A DNA stretch of 64,000 nt from an uncultured Acidimicrobiia bacterium (GCA_964195315.1 CAXMOZ010000089.1:17086-81085), one strand, 5' to 3'. Positions 39,933 through 53,305 are shown, numbered from the stretch's first letter. Made by a program: numbers and translations. The notes: generated from the sequence alone by a model not told the origin.

Positions 39933-40547
39933 ATGAGTGATATGTCGAACGAAGAAGTTGAAGGGCAAGAACAGGCCTCTGCAGAAGATTCTGAAGTCGA
40001 GCAGGTGGTTAATGATGCATGGCGTTGGTATGTTGTGCATGCTTATTCTGGCTTTGAAGCTTATGTGAAGAAAGTTCTGGAAAGCCGGGTTCTGGCCTCA
40101 GAATTTCAGCCGTGTTTTGGAAAAATACTTATCCCGACTGAAGAAGTTGTGGAGATGAGAGATGGTGTTCGTCGAAAGAGTGAGCGCAAATTTTTCCCCG
40201 GTTATGTATTGGTTCAGATGGAAATGAATAATGACACCTGGCATATGGTTAAGCAGGTACCTAAGGTGCTTGGTTTTATTGGTGGAACCAGTTCTACCCC
40301 GGCTGCGATTACCGAAGCGGAAGCTAATTCTATTTTGAATAGAGTTGAAGCAGGTGTCGATAAGCCGAAACCTAAAGTCTTATTCGAAGTTGGTGAAGTT
40401 GTTCGCGTTAACGACGGGCCTTTCAATGACTTTAATGGCGTTGTTGAAGAAGTGAATTACGAGAAAAGTAAAATGCTAGTCTCGGTTCAAATCTTTGGTC
40501 GTTCAACTCCAGTTGAACTTGGCTTCGGTCAGGTTGAAAAGGGTTGA
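39933..40547 (+). CDS. nusG: Transcription factor NusG
   Basis: [21 protein letters not shown] motif, [10 protein letters not shown]. Confidence 0.98.
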   Translation: MSDMSNEEVEGQEQASAEDSEVEQVVNDAWRWYVVHAYSGFEAYVKKVLESRVLASEFQPCFGKILIPTEEVVEMRDGVRRKSERKFFPGYVLVQMEMNNDTWHMVKQVPKVLGFIGGTSSTPAAITEAEANSILNRVEAGVDKPKPKVLFEVGEVVRVNDGPFNDFNGVVEEVNYEKSKMLVSVQIFGRSTPVELGFGQVEKG

Positions 40548-40588
40548 TAAAAGTTTAGTCAATTTTTTAAGTTTCTTAAAACAAGTTT

Positions 40589-40621
40589 GGGGAGGGCGAA
40601 TTAAGTAGTCCGTTTGAACCC
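40589..40621 (+). promoter_or_regulatory. Candidate L1-binding autoregulatory leader of rplK-rplA
   Basis: GGGGAG-stem-GTTTGAACCC just upstream of rplK, resembling the enterobacterial L1 site. Confidence 0.45.
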
Positions 40622-40635
40622 GGGAGAAAGTCATT

Positions 40636-41067
40636 ATGGCTAAGAAGATAGTCAATTATATTAAGTTACAGGTACCTGCTGGTGCTGCAAATCCAAGTCC
40701 ACCGGTTGGTCCAGCTCTGGGTCAACATGGTCTTAACATCATGGAGTTTTGTAAGGCGTTCAACGCACAAACCCAGGAAGTTGAAAAGGGCATGCCACTA
40801 CCAGTTGTTATTGCTGTTTACAGTGATAAGAGCTTTACATTCGAAATCAAGACACCGCCTGCGTCAGTCTTACTGATGAAGGCTGCTGGTCTAACTAAAG
40901 GAAGTGGTACGCCAAATACTAATAAAGTGGGTAAGGTAACTCGTGCTCAATTAGAAGAAATAGCGACAACTAAAATGGCTGACCTGAACGCCAACGATAT
41001 GGACGCTGCTGTTAATATTATTGCTGGTAGTGCTCGTAGTATGGGCCTCGACGTGGAGGGTGTGTAA
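40636..41067 (+). CDS. rplK: 50S ribosomal protein L11
   Basis: [18 protein letters not shown]. Confidence 0.99.
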   Translation: MAKKIVNYIKLQVPAGAANPSPPVGPALGQHGLNIMEFCKAFNAQTQEVEKGMPLPVVIAVYSDKSFTFEIKTPPASVLLMKAAGLTKGSGTPNTNKVGKVTRAQLEEIATTKMADLNANDMDAAVNIIAGSARSMGLDVEGV

Positions 41068-41068
41068 C

Positions 41069-41767
41069 ATGGCTAAAACATCAAAGCGCTTTGCCGCAAT
41101 CAATGAGAAAGTTGACCCAACAAAACAGTATGCAATCGATGAAGGTTTGCAGTTACTGAAAGAATTAAGCACCGCTAAATTTGATGAAGCAGTAGATGCG
41201 GCAATCAACTTGGGGGTTGATCCACGTAAGTCCGATCAAAATGTTCGTGGTTCTAGTGTATTACCCAACGGTACTGGAAAAACTGTACGAGTGGCCGTTT
41301 TTACTCAAGGTGAAAATGCTGAAAAAGCTTTAGCTGCTGGTGCTGACGTTGTTGGTATGCAGGACTTGGCTGAGTCAATGAAAGCAGGTGATATCGACTA
41401 CGGTGTTGTTATTGCGAGCCCAGACGCCATGGGTGTCGTAGGTCAGTTAGGTCAGCTGTTAGGCCCTCGTGGTTTGATGCCTAACCCTAAAGTTGGTACG
41501 GTTTCACCAGACGTAGCAACTGCCGTTAAAAACGCTAAGGCTGGCCAGGTTCGTTACAGAACTGATAAGGGTGGTATTATTCACTGCACCATTGGAAAGT
41601 CTAGTTTTGAAGTAGAAAAATTGCGCGAGAACTTAGAGTTCCTGCTGGCTGACTTGAAAAAAGCTAAGCCAAGTACTGCAAAAGGTGTTTATCTAAAGAA
41701 AATTTCGATCTCAACCACCATGGGTGCGGGTGTTGTGGTTGATCAAGCGAGTCTAGAGCTTAAATAG
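41069..41767 (+). CDS. rplA: 50S ribosomal protein L1
   Basis: [21 protein letters not shown]; true start ATG 41069. Confidence 0.98.
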   Translation: MAKTSKRFAAINEKVDPTKQYAIDEGLQLLKELSTAKFDEAVDAAINLGVDPRKSDQNVRGSSVLPNGTGKTVRVAVFTQGENAEKALAAGADVVGMQDLAESMKAGDIDYGVVIASPDAMGVVGQLGQLLGPRGLMPNPKVGTVSPDVATAVKNAKAGQVRYRTDKGGIIHCTIGKSSFEVEKLRENLEFLLADLKKAKPSTAKGVYLKKISISTTMGAGVVVDQASLELK

Positions 41768-41792
41768 ACTGGTTTTTATGAATCTTTGAGAA

Positions 41793-41829
41793 CGTCGGTA
41801 TCATTAGTATTAATTAGTGATCACCGACG
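41793..41829. other. Hairpin downstream of rplA
   Basis: CGTCGGT-ATCA...TGAT-C-ACCGACG. Confidence 0.4.
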
Positions 41830-41837
41830 ACTCGTCA

Positions 41838-41910
41838 AAGACCGTGGGTGTCTTGTGATTAGCCGCTTACTTAAGGGTTAGGTAGTGAGTCTTAATTTCC
41901 TGCGTAGACG
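41838..41910 (+). promoter_or_regulatory. L10 (rplJ) autoregulatory leader
   Basis: AAGACCGTGGG...TTAA...CCTGCGTAGACG flanks resemble the L10 leader consensus. Confidence 0.7.
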
Positions 41911-42054
41911 ATCTTCTGAGACAGGAATACCTGGTTAAGAGGTCGTGAAGGAGTAGGTAGTGTAGTCCTGATAGTGATGTCAGGCTGGCAATATCAGAAG
42001 GGACTGAAGGGCTGAACATTTGTTCAGTATGGTTTATTAATCAGGAGAACTTAT

Positions 42055-42579
42055 ATGCCTTTAACACTCGAGCAAAAGCAAGCAGTGGTGAGCGAAGTAG
42101 CGCAGGTTGCTGCCGATGCACATTCTGTTATTGCGGCTGAGTATCAGGGCTTGTCAGTTGGTGAGATGACCCAGTTACGTGTTCAGGCACGCGAGTCCAA
42201 CGTTCATTTACGTGTAGTCAAGAATACCTTGGCACGTCGCGCATTTGAAGGTACGGATTGCGATTGCATGAGCAATGCGTTACAGGGTCAGATGGTTTAT
42301 GCATTTTCTATGGACGAGCCAGGCAGTGCTGCCCGTGTTCTGAAAAAATTTGCAGATGCCAATGATAAACTAGTCGTTAAGCTAATCGCCTTTGGCGGTG
42401 AGTTATTGGATCCGTCCGAAATTAAACGACTGGCTTTGTTGCCAACATACGATCAAGCAATTAGTTTGCTGATGGCCGTTATGAAAGCACCTGTCGAAAA
42501 ACTTGCGCGTACTATGAACGAAGTACCGGGCAAGCTAACTCGAACAGTTGCTGCGATTCGCGATCAAAAACAAGCTTAA
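42055..42579 (+). CDS. rplJ: 50S ribosomal protein L10
   Basis: VVKNTLARRA, LPTYDQAIS. Confidence 0.98.
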   Translation: MPLTLEQKQAVVSEVAQVAADAHSVIAAEYQGLSVGEMTQLRVQARESNVHLRVVKNTLARRAFEGTDCDCMSNALQGQMVYAFSMDEPGSAARVLKKFADANDKLVVKLIAFGGELLDPSEIKRLALLPTYDQAISLLMAVMKAPVEKLARTMNEVPGKLTRTVAAIRDQKQA

Positions 42580-42612
42580 CTATTTTATTATTTCTGTATC
42601 AGGAGAAGAACA

Positions 42613-42990
42613 ATGGCAGTTTCTAAAGACGACATTCTTGAAACTTTATCAAGTATGACAATAATGGAAGTGGTCGATTTAATTTCAGCAATGGAAGAGA
42701 AATTCGGCGTATCGGCAGCGGCAGCAGTCGCGGCAGCACCTGCTGGCGGCGATGCTGGTGGCGCAGCTGAAGCTGAAAAAGACGAGTTCGACGTAGTTCT
42801 AGCTAGTTTTGGTGAAAAGAAAGTTGGCGTAATTAAAGCAGTTCGTGCTATTACAGGTCTTGGCTTGAAAGAAGCTAAGGACATGGTAGAAAGCGCACCA
42901 ACTACTGTTAAGGAAGCAGCATCTAAGACAGAAGCTGAAGATCTTAAAAAGCAGCTTGAAGAAGCTGGCGCAACTGTAGAACTTAAGTAA
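42613..42990 (+). CDS. rplL: 50S ribosomal protein L7/L12
   Basis: [18 protein letters not shown]. Confidence 0.99.
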   Translation: MAVSKDDILETLSSMTIMEVVDLISAMEEKFGVSAAAAVAAAPAGGDAGGAAEAEKDEFDVVLASFGEKKVGVIKAVRAITGLGLKEAKDMVESAPTTVKEAASKTEAEDLKKQLEEAGATVELK

Positions 42991-43041
42991 TTTAAGTATT
43001 GAAACAGTTGTCGGGTAGCTTTACCCAACACTTACAAGCAA

Positions 43042-43070
43042 GGGCTGATGGCGGAAAACGTCATCGGCCC
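43042..43070 (+). promoter_or_regulatory. rplL-rpoB attenuator-like hairpin
   Basis: GGGCTGATGGCG-gaaaa-CGTCATCGGCCC, 12-bp stem at the position of the known attenuator. Confidence 0.5.
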
Positions 43071-43167
43071 GCGCGTGTTTATGGCTTTTATGAATTTTTC
43101 ATAGCCGCCCAATAAGCACCGCGTCATCAAATGTGACATGAAAACGGTTTTTTTACGAGGACTATAA

Positions 43168-46100
43168 ATGGCTTACTCTTTTACTGAGAAAAAACGTATT
43201 CGCAGGGATTTTGGTAAACGACCCGCAGTGATCGATGAACCTTATCTACTGGCTATTCAAACGGATTCGTATAAACGTTTTCTAAATCCTGACGGCATTC
43301 AAAAAGGCACTGGCTTACAGCGCGCTTTTGAATCTATCTTTCCGATTGTTAGTTTTTCGGGCAATGTTGAGCTGGAATATGTCAGCTACCGAGTCAACCC
43401 ACCAGTATTTGACGTTAAAGAATGTCAAATCCGTGGCCTCACTTATGCCGCGCCATTGCGAGTGCTGGTAAGACTTGTAATTTATGACAAAGAAGCTTCT
43501 GCTAAAAATCGCTCGGTAAAAGATGTTAAAGAGCAAGAAGTTTATATGGGCGAAATGCCCTTGATGACTGACAACGGCACCTTTGTAATTAATGGCACAG
43601 AGCGTGTTATCGTTTCCCAGTTGCATCGTTCTCCCGGCGTGTTTTTTGATCACGATCGAGGCAAGTCACACTCATCTGGAAAATTATTATATTCAGCTCG
43701 CGTTATTCCTTACCGCGGTTCATGGCTTGATTTTGAATTTGATCCAAAAGATTCGCTTTTTGTTCGTATCGATCGTCGCCGTAAATTACCAGCCACTATT
43801 CTTTTGCGAGCTCTTGGCTTTGATAGCGTTCAGATGCTTGATATGTTTTTTGAACATGACATATTCAAAATCAAAAAAGCAGATGTCGATATGGTTTTAG
43901 TCGCCGATAGACTTAAAGGTGATACTGCAACATTCGACATCGTAGTTAAAGGCGAAGTAATGGTGCCACAAGGGCGTCGTATTACTGCTAAGCACGTCAA
44001 AGATTTGAAAAAGTCAGCCATTAAGTCATTAGCCGTTCCTGAAGATTTTATCCTCGGCAAGATCCTCGCTGATAATTTAGTTGATGTCGAAACAGGTGAA
44101 GTATTCGCCAACGCAAATGACGAGATTACTGAAGAGTTAATCGTCTTAATTCGTGAAAAAGGCATTAAGCAAATCAAGACGATTTTCACCAATGAAATTG
44201 ATCATGGTGCTTATATCTCAAATGCACTCGCACTTGATCCAACAACCAATGATCTCGAAGCGAAAGTTGAAATTTATCGCATGATGCGTCCTGGTGAGCC
44301 ACCTACTAAGGACTCTGCTGAGAACCTGTTCCAGAACCTATTCTTTAACAGCGAACGTTATGACCTGTCTGAAGTGGGACGAATGAAATTCAATCGTCGC
44401 CTTGGGCGTGAAGAGATTATTGGTGAAGGCACTCTGTCTACCGATGATATTGTCGATGCAATGAAGGTGTTGATCGACATTCGTAATGGTAATGGTCAAG
44501 TGGATGATATCGATCACCTCGGTAACCGTCGCATTCGTAGTGTTGGTGAAATGGCAGAAAACGCATTTCGTACTGGTATTGTTCGTGTCGAGCGTGCGGT
44601 TCGTGATCGTCTTGGTCTTGTTGAATCTGAAGGTTTGATGCCGCAGGATATTATCAATGCCAAGCCAGTTGCGGCAGCTGTAAAAGAATTTTTTGGTTCA
44701 AGTCAGTTATCGCAGTTCATGGATCAAAATAATCCGTTGTCAGAAGTAACACACAAACGTCGTGTTTCAGCCTTAGGCCCAGGCGGTTTGACGCGAGAGC
44801 GTGCAGGTTTTGAAGTACGTGACGTGCATCCAACGCATTACGGAAGAGTTTGTCCAATCGAGACACCTGAGGGACCAAACATCGGTCTAATTAACTCACT
44901 GTCTGTTTATGCTCGTACTAATCATTATGGCTTTCTTGAAACGCCTTATCGAAAAGTAATTAATGGCAAAGTAACCGACGATGTCGAATACCTGTCAGCG
45001 ATAGACGAAGGTCAGTATCAAATTGCACAGGCCAATGTCACAATCAACAAAAAAGGTTTAATGACGGACGAATTAATTCCCTGTCGTTTTCAAAATGAAG
45101 CGATTTTATCAACAGTTGATAAAATTCAATTCATGGATGTGTCGCCTAAACAAATAGTTTCTGTCGCGGCTTCATTGATACCTTTTCTTGAGCACGACGA
45201 TGCTAACCGAGCATTGATGGGATCAAACATGCAGCGCCAGGCCGTTCCATGTCTACGTGCAGAAAAGCCTATTGTAGGAACTGGAATGGAGCGCGTTGTT
45301 GCGATCGATTCAGGTACTATCGTTAAGGCAGAGCGCGGTGGTGTTGTCGACTCAGTTGACGCAAGCCGAGTGGTTATTCGGGTCAATGATAAAGAGACAA
45401 CAGCTGGTGATCCAGGTGTTGATATCTACAACTTTACAAAATATACACGATCTAACCAAAATACCTGTATTAACCAAAAACCGTTGGTTAAACCAGGCGA
45501 TAAAGTTGAAAAAGGTGATGTACTGGCCGACGGCGCTTCAACCGATTTGGGTGAATTGGCACTTGGTCAAAACATGCAAGTCGCATTCATGCCTTGGAAC
45601 GGATACAACTTCGAAGACTCGATTTTGTTATCAGAGCGTGTGGTTAAAGAAGATCGTTTTACAACTATTCATATCGAAGAGTTAAGCTGTTTAGCAAGGG
45701 ACACTAAATTAGGATCAGAGGAAATTACCGCTGATATTCCTAATGTTAGTGAAGGCCTACTATCCAAGCTAGATGAATCTGGTGTGGTGTATGTTGGTGC
45801 TGAAGTAAAGGCTGGCGACATTCTTGTCGGAAAGGTAACGCCCAAAGGCGAAACCCAGCTGACACCAGAAGAAAAACTGCTTCGAGCCATTTTTGGTGAG
45901 AAAGCGTCTGATGTAAAAGACACGTCACTTCGAATGAAGTCAGGCGTTGTTGGAACCGTGGTTGATGTTCGAGTATTTACTCGTGATGGGGTCGATAAAG
46001 ATGCTCGTGCGCTCGAAAATGAACGCGCAGAAATTATTTCTTTAAAGAAGGATCTCGACGATCAGTTCCGTATCATCGAAGGTAATATTTACCAAAGAGT

Positions 46101-47235
46101 AGCACGCTTAATTACCGGCCAACCAGCCAGTGGCGGGCCAGAAGGACTAAAGCGTGGCGCAGTAATAACTCAAGAGTATCTTACTTCGATTAGTCGCGAC
46201 CAATGGTCAAGTATTCGAATGAGTGATGACGGTGTTAGTAAGGAACTCGAGTCTTTGAGTGATCAGCTAGCAGGTCAACGCTCTGAATTTGATAGTTTGT
46301 TCGAAGAAAAGAAACGCAAAGTAACTGCAGGCGATGACCTTAAACCAGGCGTGTTAAAAATGGTTAAGGTGTATGTTGCAGTTAAGCGTCGCATGCAGCC
46401 TGGTGATAAAATGGCGGGACGTCATGGCAACAAAGGTGTTGTGTCGATGATCGTACCTGAAGAAGACATGCCTTATCGTGCTGATGGCACGCCAGTAGAT
46501 GTTGTTTTAAATCCCCTAGGTGTTCCATCACGCATGAATGTTGGGCAGGTACTCGAAGCGCATCTTGGTTGGGCTGCAAATGGACTTGGTTTAAAGATTG
46601 GTGGCATGTTAGATGCTCATACTAAAGCTGAAGAAATGCGTGGTTTCTTGAAGAAGATATACAACAGCACTAGTGAGAAGGTCGATTTCTCCAAATTAAA
46701 TGACGCTGAAGTCCTCGAGCTTTGTAAGAATCTAAGACGCGGCGTGCCTATGGCGACGCCTGTTTTTGACGGTGCCGACGAAGACGAAATTCGTACTATG
46801 CTTGCGTTAGCTGATTTGCCAGAAACAGGTCAGACAACATTGATTGACGGACGTACGGGTGAAGAATTTGATCGCCCAGTCACTGTTGGTTACATGTACA
46901 TGCTTAAGCTCAACCATCTGGTTGACGATAAGATGCATGCTCGTTCAACTGGTCCATACAGTCTCGTTACACAGCAGCCATTGGGCGGTAAAGCTCAGTT
47001 TGGTGGTCAGCGCTTTGGAGAGATGGAAGTATGGGCACTAGAGTCTTATGGCGCAGCCTATACGCTTCAGGAAATGTTGACCGTAAAGTCGGACGACGTG
47101 AATGGTCGTAATAAGATGTACAAGAATATCGTTGATGGCGACTTCCGTATGGAACCAGGCATGCCTGAGTCATTTAACGTATTACTTAAAGAGATTCGTT
47201 CTTTGAGCCTTAACATAGAGCTTGAGCAGGAGTAA
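43168..47235 (+). CDS. rpoB: RNA polymerase beta subunit
   Basis: [39 protein letters not shown]. Confidence 0.99.
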   Translation: MAYSFTEKKRIRRDFGKRPAVIDEPYLLAIQTDSYKRFLNPDGIQKGTGLQRAFESIFPIVSFSGNVELEYVSYRVNPPVFDVKECQIRGLTYAAPLRVLVRLVIYDKEASAKNRSVKDVKEQEVYMGEMPLMTDNGTFVINGTERVIVSQLHRSPGVFFDHDRGKSHSSGKLLYSARVIPYRGSWLDFEFDPKDSLFVRIDRRRKLPATILLRALGFDSVQMLDMFFEHDIFKIKKADVDMVLVADRLKGDTATFDIVVKGEVMVPQGRRITAKHVKDLKKSAIKSLAVPEDFILGKILADNLVDVETGEVFANANDEITEELIVLIREKGIKQIKTIFTNEIDHGAYISNALALDPTTNDLEAKVEIYRMMRPGEPPTKDSAENLFQNLFFNSERYDLSEVGRMKFNRRLGREEIIGEGTLSTDDIVDAMKVLIDIRNGNGQVDDIDHLGNRRIRSVGEMAENAFRTGIVRVERAVRDRLGLVESEGLMPQDIINAKPVAAAVKEFFGSSQLSQFMDQNNPLSEVTHKRRVSALGPGGLTRERAGFEVRDVHPTHYGRVCPIETPEGPNIGLINSLSVYARTNHYGFLETPYRKVINGKVTDDVEYLSAIDEGQYQIAQANVTINKKGLMTDELIPCRFQNEAILSTVDKIQFMDVSPKQIVSVAASLIPFLEHDDANRALMGSNMQRQAVPCLRAEKPIVGTGMERVVAIDSGTIVKAERGGVVDSVDASRVVIRVNDKETTAGDPGVDIYNFTKYTRSNQNTCINQKPLVKPGDKVEKGDVLADGASTDLGELALGQNMQVAFMPWNGYNFEDSILLSERVVKEDRFTTIHIEELSCLARDTKLGSEEITADIPNVSEGLLSKLDESGVVYVGAEVKAGDILVGKVTPKGETQLTPEEKLLRAIFGEKASDVKDTSLRMKSGVVGTVVDVRVFTRDGVDKDARALENERAEIISLKKDLDDQFRIIEGNIYQRVARLITGQPASGGPEGLKRGAVITQEYLTSISRDQWSSIRMSDDGVSKELESLSDQLAGQRSEFDSLFEEKKRKVTAGDDLKPGVLKMVKVYVAVKRRMQPGDKMAGRHGNKGVVSMIVPEEDMPYRADGTPVDVVLNPLGVPSRMNVGQVLEAHLGWAANGLGLKIGGMLDAHTKAEEMRGFLKKIYNSTSEKVDFSKLNDAEVLELCKNLRRGVPMATPVFDGADEDEIRTMLALADLPETGQTTLIDGRTGEEFDRPVTVGYMYMLKLNHLVDDKMHARSTGPYSLVTQQPLGGKAQFGGQRFGEMEVWALESYGAAYTLQEMLTVKSDDVNGRNKMYKNIVDGDFRMEPGMPESFNVLLKEIRSLSLNIELEQE

Positions 47236-47237
47236 TC

Positions 47238-50200
47238 ATGAAAGACTTACTTAATTTATTAAAGAAGCAGGGCCAGGTTGATGATTTCGACCATATCAAA
47301 GTTGGCTTAGCATCTCCTGATATGGTTCGTTCGTGGTCTTATGGCGAAGTAAAAAAGCCTGAGACGATTAACTACCGTACTTTTAAACCAGAACGTGATG
47401 GTTTGTTTTGCGCCAAAGTTTTCGGTCCCGTAAAAGACTTCGAATGTTTGTGTGGAAAGTACAAGCGTCTTAAGCATCGCGGCGTTGTCTGTGAGAAATG
47501 TGGTGTTGAAGTCACTCAGACTAAAGTTCGTCGTGACCGTATGGGACATATCGAGCTGGCCTGTCCTATTGCACATATCTGGTTCCTGAAGTCTTTACCT
47601 TCACGCATTGGTTTGTTGTTGGATATGACCTTACGTGATATCGAACGCGTACTTTATTTTGAAGGATTTGTTGTAATCGATCCTGGCATGACGACGCTAG
47701 AAAAAGGTCAGTTATTAAACGACGAGATGTACCTTGAAGCGACCGAAGAATTTGGTGACGATTTCAATGCCAAAATGGGTGCTGAGGCGATCTACGAGTT
47801 GTTAAAAGAAGTTGATCTGAAAAGTGATACGCTAACCTTACGTGAAGAAATCGAGAGCACAAAATCGGAAACTAAATTTAAGCGCTTATCTAAGCGATTA
47901 AAGTTGGTCGAAGCTTTTATCGATTCGGGCAATAAGCCTGAATGGATGGTAATGACGGTATTGCCCGTTTTACCACCTGATCTTCGTCCGTTAGTGCCAC
48001 TAGACGGCGGACGTTTTGCAACCTCTGATTTGAATGATTTATATCGTCGTGTCATCAACCGAAATAATCGTTTAAAGCGTCTGCTTGAATTAAATGCACC
48101 TGACATTATCGTGCGTAACGAAAAACGCATGTTGCAAGAATCTGTGGATGCCTTGCTAGACAATGGACGACGTGGTCGCGCCATTACAGGCACCAACAAA
48201 CGTCCGTTGAAATCTTTGTCTGACATGATCAAAGGTAAGCAAGGCCGTTTCCGTCAAAATCTACTGGGCAAGCGAGTCGATTATTCAGGTCGTTCGGTTA
48301 TTGTGGTTGGTCCGACCCTTAAGCTGCACCAATGTGGTTTACCGAAAAAAATGGCACTTGAATTATTCAAGCCATTTATTTTTAGCAAGTTACAACTACG
48401 GGGTCTAGCGACAACCATTAAAGCTGCCAAGAAATTGGTAGAACGCGAAGTCGCAGAAGTTTGGGATATTCTCGAAGAAGTTATTCGTGAGCATCCAATC
48501 ATGCTAAACCGAGCGCCAACACTTCACCGTTTGGGTATCCAGGCATTCGAGCCGACCCTAATTGAAGGAAAAGCGATTCAGTTGCATCCTTTGGTTTGTA
48601 CCGCTTTCAACGCTGACTTTGACGGCGATCAGATGGCAGTACACGTACCATTATCTATCGAAGCGCAGCTTGAAGTGCGTACGCTGATGATGTCGACCAA
48701 TAACATTCTTTCACCAGCAAATGGTAAGCCTATTATCGTACCGACTCAGGATATTATCCTTGGTCTTTATTATATGACTCGTGAAAAGATTAATTCTGTT
48801 GGTGAAGGCATGGTGTTCAGTGATGCTAAAGAAGCGTTACGAGCCTACCAGACTAACGTTGTTGCGCTGCAAGCTAAAATTCGCTGTCGAGTGGTTGAAT
48901 ATACGACAGATGAAGAGGGCAACAAAATAGCTCAAAAACGACTTGTTGAAACGACTGTGGGTCGTGCGATCTTAAGCGAATTGCTACCAAAAGGGCTTTC
49001 TTTCGACCAAATCAATAAAACATTGGATAAGAAAAATGTGTCTAAGTTAATTGACGCTTGTTATCGCGATGTTGGTCTTAAAGACACCGTTATATTGGCT
49101 GATCAATTAATGTATACCGGTTATAAGTATGCGACTAAGTCAGGCATATCAATCGGTGTTAACGATATGATTATTCCTGATGATAAGGCTGGTTTGATCA
49201 ATGCAGCAAAAGCTGATATCAAGGAAATCGAAAAGCAATGGTCAACTGGTTTGGTTACATCAGGCGAACGTTACAATAAAGTCGTTGATATCTGGTCGCA
49301 CACTAACGATAAAGTAGCGCGCGCGATGATGCATGAAATTGGTAAAGAAACCGTTACCGATGCGAAAGGTAAAAAGATCGTTCAGGACTCGTTTAATTCA
49401 ATCTTCGTCATGGCTGATTCAGGTGCTCGTGGTTCTGCCGCGCAGATCAGACAGTTAGCGGGAATGCGTGGTTTGATGGCTAAACCAGATGGATCGATTA
49501 TTGAGAATGCTATCACAGCAAACTTCCGAGAAGGATTGGACGTTTTACAATACTTTATTTCTACTCACGGTGCTCGTAAAGGTCTTGCCGATACTGCGCT
49601 GAAAACAGCTAACTCAGGTTACTTAACACGACGTTTGGTCGACGTGTCACAGGATCTGGTCGTAAACCAGGATGACTGTGGCACGATGAAAGGCATAGTA
49701 TTAAAGCCAGTTATCGAAGGCGGTGATATTGTTGTCGAGCTAGGTGAGCGAGTTCTGGGTCGTACATTGCAACAAGACTTAATGGGCAACGACGGCGAAC
49801 TATTAATTGAAAGAGGTACTCTGATCGAAGAAGCTGAAGTTGATATTATCGATGAGTTAGGTGTAGACGAACTAACGGTTCGATCTGCGGTTACCTGTGA
49901 AGCCAGATATGGTTTATGCGTGAAGTGTTATGGACGCGAGCTTGCTCGAGGACATCAGGTAGGTAAAGGTGAGGCTGTCGGCGTTATCGCAGCTCAGTCT
50001 ATCGGTGAGCCAGGAACTCAGTTAACCATGCGTACCTTCCACATCGGTGGTGCTGCTAGTAGTTCTGCGTCAGTCAACAGCATCGAGATCAAGAATCAGG
50101 GTACAGTTAAATTCCATAATGTTAAAACGGTTAAGAATTCGTCTGGCAAGCTGGTGGCTGTATCACGCTCTGGCGAAGTTGGTATTACTGATGTCAACGG

Positions 50201-51473
50201 ACGTGAAAAAGAACGTTATAAAATCCCTTATGGTTCAGAGTTCGTTGTTAAAGATAATCAAAAGGTAAAAGCGGGTCAGACAGTTGCTAACTGGGATCCA
50301 CACATGCACCCAGTTATCACCGAGGTTGCTGGTAAGGTTAAATTTTCAGACTTTATGGAAGCAGTCACGGTTCAGCATAAAGTTGATGACACGACAGGCC
50401 TAACGTCAATCGAAGTAATGGATGATTCAATTCGATCTAATGCAGGTAAGGAGCTACGTCCTACTATCGAGTTGATAGACAGCAAGGGCGAGGCTTTGTG
50501 TTATGCGGGAACTAATATACCAGCGCATTACATGTTGCCAGGTGGCGCTTTTGTTAATGTTGAGGATGGATCTTCAATTTCTGTCGGTGATGTTATTGCG
50601 AGAATTCCACAGGAATCTGCTAAAAACCGAGATATAACCGGTGGTTTGCCGCGTGTAGCCGACCTGTTCGAAGCGAGAAAGCCAAAAGAGCCAGCCGTAC
50701 TATCTGAGATGACGGGCGTTGTTTCTTATGGTAAGGAGACTAAAGGTAAGAAACGTTTAGTCATTACCAATAAAGACAATGAATCAATCGAAACATTGAT
50801 TCCTAAGTTTCGTCATATCAATGTGTTCGAAGGCGAGCATGTAGAAAAAGGTGAAGTGTTAGTCGATGGTGAATTAGATTCACATGATATTGTTCGGATC
50901 AAAGGTTTGATGGATCTTACAACCTACATGGTTGACGAAGTCCAGGATGTATATCGTTTACAGGGCGTTGGTATCAACAACAAGCACATCGAAGTAATCG
51001 TTCGTCAGATGTTGCGTAAGGTTACAATCGTAAACGGTGGTGATACTCGTCTTATTCGTGGTGATCAAGTCGATAAATCACGCGTGTTAGACTTGAATGA
51101 TAAGGCCGTATCATTGAATAAAATGCCTGCTACTTTTACTCAGGATCTTTTGGGAATCACCAAGGCATCTCTAGTAACAGAGTCATTCATTTCTGCGGCT
51201 TCGTTCCAGGAAACTACTCGAGTCTTAACCGAAGCAGCTGTTAGAGGCGCCAAGGATGATTTACGTGGACTGAAAGAGAACGTCATTGTTGGACGCTTGA
51301 TTCCTGCTGGAACAGGTCAGACCTATCATGAAGAACGTCGTAAGCGTCGTATGAAGCAGATAATGCCCGTAATGCCTGATATGTCTGAAGCGATAGTTGA
51401 AACTGATACTCTGGAGTTGGTCGTAGATGCACCCATTGATCCGTCAATCGGCGCAGTGACTATTACTGAATAG
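47238..51473 (+). CDS. rpoC: RNA polymerase beta' subunit
   Basis: NADFDGD catalytic motif, Zn-finger CLCGKY..CEKC. Confidence 0.99.
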   Translation: MKDLLNLLKKQGQVDDFDHIKVGLASPDMVRSWSYGEVKKPETINYRTFKPERDGLFCAKVFGPVKDFECLCGKYKRLKHRGVVCEKCGVEVTQTKVRRDRMGHIELACPIAHIWFLKSLPSRIGLLLDMTLRDIERVLYFEGFVVIDPGMTTLEKGQLLNDEMYLEATEEFGDDFNAKMGAEAIYELLKEVDLKSDTLTLREEIESTKSETKFKRLSKRLKLVEAFIDSGNKPEWMVMTVLPVLPPDLRPLVPLDGGRFATSDLNDLYRRVINRNNRLKRLLELNAPDIIVRNEKRMLQESVDALLDNGRRGRAITGTNKRPLKSLSDMIKGKQGRFRQNLLGKRVDYSGRSVIVVGPTLKLHQCGLPKKMALELFKPFIFSKLQLRGLATTIKAAKKLVEREVAEVWDILEEVIREHPIMLNRAPTLHRLGIQAFEPTLIEGKAIQLHPLVCTAFNADFDGDQMAVHVPLSIEAQLEVRTLMMSTNNILSPANGKPIIVPTQDIILGLYYMTREKINSVGEGMVFSDAKEALRAYQTNVVALQAKIRCRVVEYTTDEEGNKIAQKRLVETTVGRAILSELLPKGLSFDQINKTLDKKNVSKLIDACYRDVGLKDTVILADQLMYTGYKYATKSGISIGVNDMIIPDDKAGLINAAKADIKEIEKQWSTGLVTSGERYNKVVDIWSHTNDKVARAMMHEIGKETVTDAKGKKIVQDSFNSIFVMADSGARGSAAQIRQLAGMRGLMAKPDGSIIENAITANFREGLDVLQYFISTHGARKGLADTALKTANSGYLTRRLVDVSQDLVVNQDDCGTMKGIVLKPVIEGGDIVVELGERVLGRTLQQDLMGNDGELLIERGTLIEEAEVDIIDELGVDELTVRSAVTCEARYGLCVKCYGRELARGHQVGKGEAVGVIAAQSIGEPGTQLTMRTFHIGGAASSSASVNSIEIKNQGTVKFHNVKTVKNSSGKLVAVSRSGEVGITDVNGREKERYKIPYGSEFVVKDNQKVKAGQTVANWDPHMHPVITEVAGKVKFSDFMEAVTVQHKVDDTTGLTSIEVMDDSIRSNAGKELRPTIELIDSKGEALCYAGTNIPAHYMLPGGAFVNVEDGSSISVGDVIARIPQESAKNRDITGGLPRVADLFEARKPKEPAVLSEMTGVVSYGKETKGKKRLVITNKDNESIETLIPKFRHINVFEGEHVEKGEVLVDGELDSHDIVRIKGLMDLTTYMVDEVQDVYRLQGVGINNKHIEVIVRQMLRKVTIVNGGDTRLIRGDQVDKSRVLDLNDKAVSLNKMPATFTQDLLGITKASLVTESFISAASFQETTRVLTEAAVRGAKDDLRGLKENVIVGRLIPAGTGQTYHEERRKRRMKQIMPVMPDMSEAIVETDTLELVVDAPIDPSIGAVTITE

Positions 51474-51503
51474 AAATCTAAAGAAGTAGTTTTTGTAACT
51501 AAG

Positions 51504-51542
51504 AACCAGTCACCAATATTTCATTGTTGGCTGGTTTTTTTA
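51504..51542 (+). terminator. Intrinsic terminator after rpoC
   Basis: AACCAGTCACCAAT-atttc-ATTGTTGGCTGGTT plus T-run. Confidence 0.65.
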
Positions 51543-51801
51543 CTTTTAAGGCCAATAAATCGGTTAATCTTTGCATTGCTTCTCCATGGGTGTCGAAATT
51601 ATTTTTTCGCGTTTCCTACTAATGCTTAAATATAGGTAAGTGCTTTATTATTAATTCTGAATATAAACTCTATGATCAATACAGACTGTACTGATTCTTT
51701 CAGTATTTTTTGTAATTGCGGAGATGGTGTTTATTCTGTTTCTCTTTCGTCGAGTCAGATCAATACTCTCCTATTGTTAATAAGTTAAACGCAGCACTGG
51801 C

Positions 51802-51915
51802 CTAATTGGCTTTTGCGGGCGTATAAAGTCTGGGGTGGATCAATTCCTTGATAATCATGGCCGAGCTACTACAGGCCGCCACAGTAGTGATAGGCGCAAA
51901 GCCTTTTTGATTCAT
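51802..51915 (-). other. 37-aa micro-ORF or gene remnant with prepilin-like start
   Basis: Translates MNQKGFAPITTVAACSSSAMIIKELIHPRLYTPAKAN; below the ORF-track cutoff. Confidence 0.25.
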
Positions 51916-52325
51916 ATGCTCAAAAAAAATGTCTCTATGGGTGTGTATATTCAGACCTGTAGGTGTTCGTAATTTTAGTTTCTACACGTTAAAATTAGAA
52001 AATACAGGGTCCTACTTTCTAAACACCAAAAAAAGAGCTAATAAGTGTTTCAACGACAGCAATAAATCGGTTTAAAATTCAGCTCAGTAGTGGTTGTTCA
52101 TTGTATAGAGGTAGGGTGGTTAGATTGTTTATTTCAGGTCTAACAGTATGTGGAGATATAAAGCCGCATCACATCCAGTTAGTATCAGTAAAAGAGTGCT
52201 TTTAAGGTTTTTCCTGGCTGTTCAAATGATAGCCATATAGACAAATCTAGATATAAATTGACCGAAGTTCAAGTGGCCTGTGCAGGTAAGCATTTAAAGA
52301 GTCTGTATAAATGCCAAAACAGCAG

Positions 52326-52354
52326 TTGACAGCAAGCTGTTTCGCCCCTAGAAT
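52326..52354 (+). promoter_or_regulatory. Sigma70 promoter of the str operon
   Basis: TTGACA, 17 bp, TAGAAT, then GC-rich discriminator. Confidence 0.8.
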
Positions 52355-52447
52355 TCTGCCTCCCAATATCAGGCCGCCTTCGGGTGTGGCCTGTTGTTTT
52401 GATATTGAAGATAAAATTAACAGTCTGCTCTAAGGAGAGTCGAATAG

Positions 52448-52822
52448 ATGGCAACAGTTAACCAGTTGGTGCGCAAGCCGCGCCAATCAAAGCGGTCAAA
52501 GAGTAATGTACCAGCCCTTGAGGCATCACCTCAAAAGCGTGGTGTGTGTACTCGCGTCTATACTACGACGCCAAAAAAGCCTAACTCAGCTCTGAGAAAG
52601 GTAGCTCGTGTCCGTTTAACAACTGGCTACGAAGTTGCTTCTTACATTGGTGGTGAAGGTCATAATCTACAGGAGCACTCAGTTGTTCTAGTTAGAGGTG
52701 GTCGAGTTAAAGATTTACCTGGTGTTCGTTATCACGTTGTTCGTGGCAGTTTGGATACGCAGGGTGTTCCATCGCGTCGTCAAGGCCGTTCAAAATATGG
52801 CGCTAAGCGTCCCAAGTCATAG
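52448..52822 (+). CDS. rpsL: 30S ribosomal protein S12
   Basis: [20 protein letters not shown]. Confidence 0.99.
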   Translation: MATVNQLVRKPRQSKRSKSNVPALEASPQKRGVCTRVYTTTPKKPNSALRKVARVRLTTGYEVASYIGGEGHNLQEHSVVLVRGGRVKDLPGVRYHVVRGSLDTQGVPSRRQGRSKYGAKRPKS

Positions 52823-52834
52823 GTTTTAAGTAAA

Positions 52835-53305
52835 ATGCCAAGACGTAGAGAAGTACCGAAAAGAGTAATATTACCAGACCCTAAGTTTGGTGATCTTCAA
52901 ATTTCTAAGTTCATTAACATGATTATGCGTAGTGGTAAAAAATCCACCGCCGAAAGAATCTTGTATTTTGCATTAGATAACATTGCTAACAAGAGTCCTA
53001 TGGATTCTGTTGAGTTATTGGAAAAGGCGCTTGAAAATGTTCGGCCTGTTGTCGAGGTTAAATCTCGTCGTGTAGGTGGTGCTACTTATCAGGTGCCTAT
53101 CGAAGTTCGTCCTTCGCGTCGGAACACTCTGGCAATGCGTTGGTTGATCGATGCGGCTCAAAAGCGTGGAGAAAAAACAATGGCCCAGAAGTTAGCTGGT
53201 GAGTTACTTGATGCCTCTGAAAGCAAGGGTTCTGCTGTAAAGAAGCGTGAAGATACGCATCGTATGGCTGAAGCTAATAAGGCGTTTGCTCACTTCCGTT
53301 GGTAG
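52835..53305 (+). CDS. rpsG: 30S ribosomal protein S7
   Basis: [22 protein letters not shown]. Confidence 0.99.
   Translation: MPRRREVPKRVILPDPKFGDLQISKFINMIMRSGKKSTAERILYFALDNIANKSPMDSVELLEKALENVRPVVEVKSRRVGGATYQVPIEVRPSRRNTLAMRWLIDAAQKRGEKTMAQKLAGELLDASESKGSAVKKREDTHRMAEANKAFAHFRW

Noticed and set aside
42588-43031. 147-aa minus-strand ORF (and similar ORFs antisense to rpoB, rpoC and r-protein genes)
   Set aside because: Shadow ORFs of highly expressed, codon-biased genes
44690-44790. Rifampicin- or streptomycin-resistance alleles in rpoB (and rpsL)
   Set aside because: RRDR Asp/His/Ser and S12 Lys residues match the sensitive consensus
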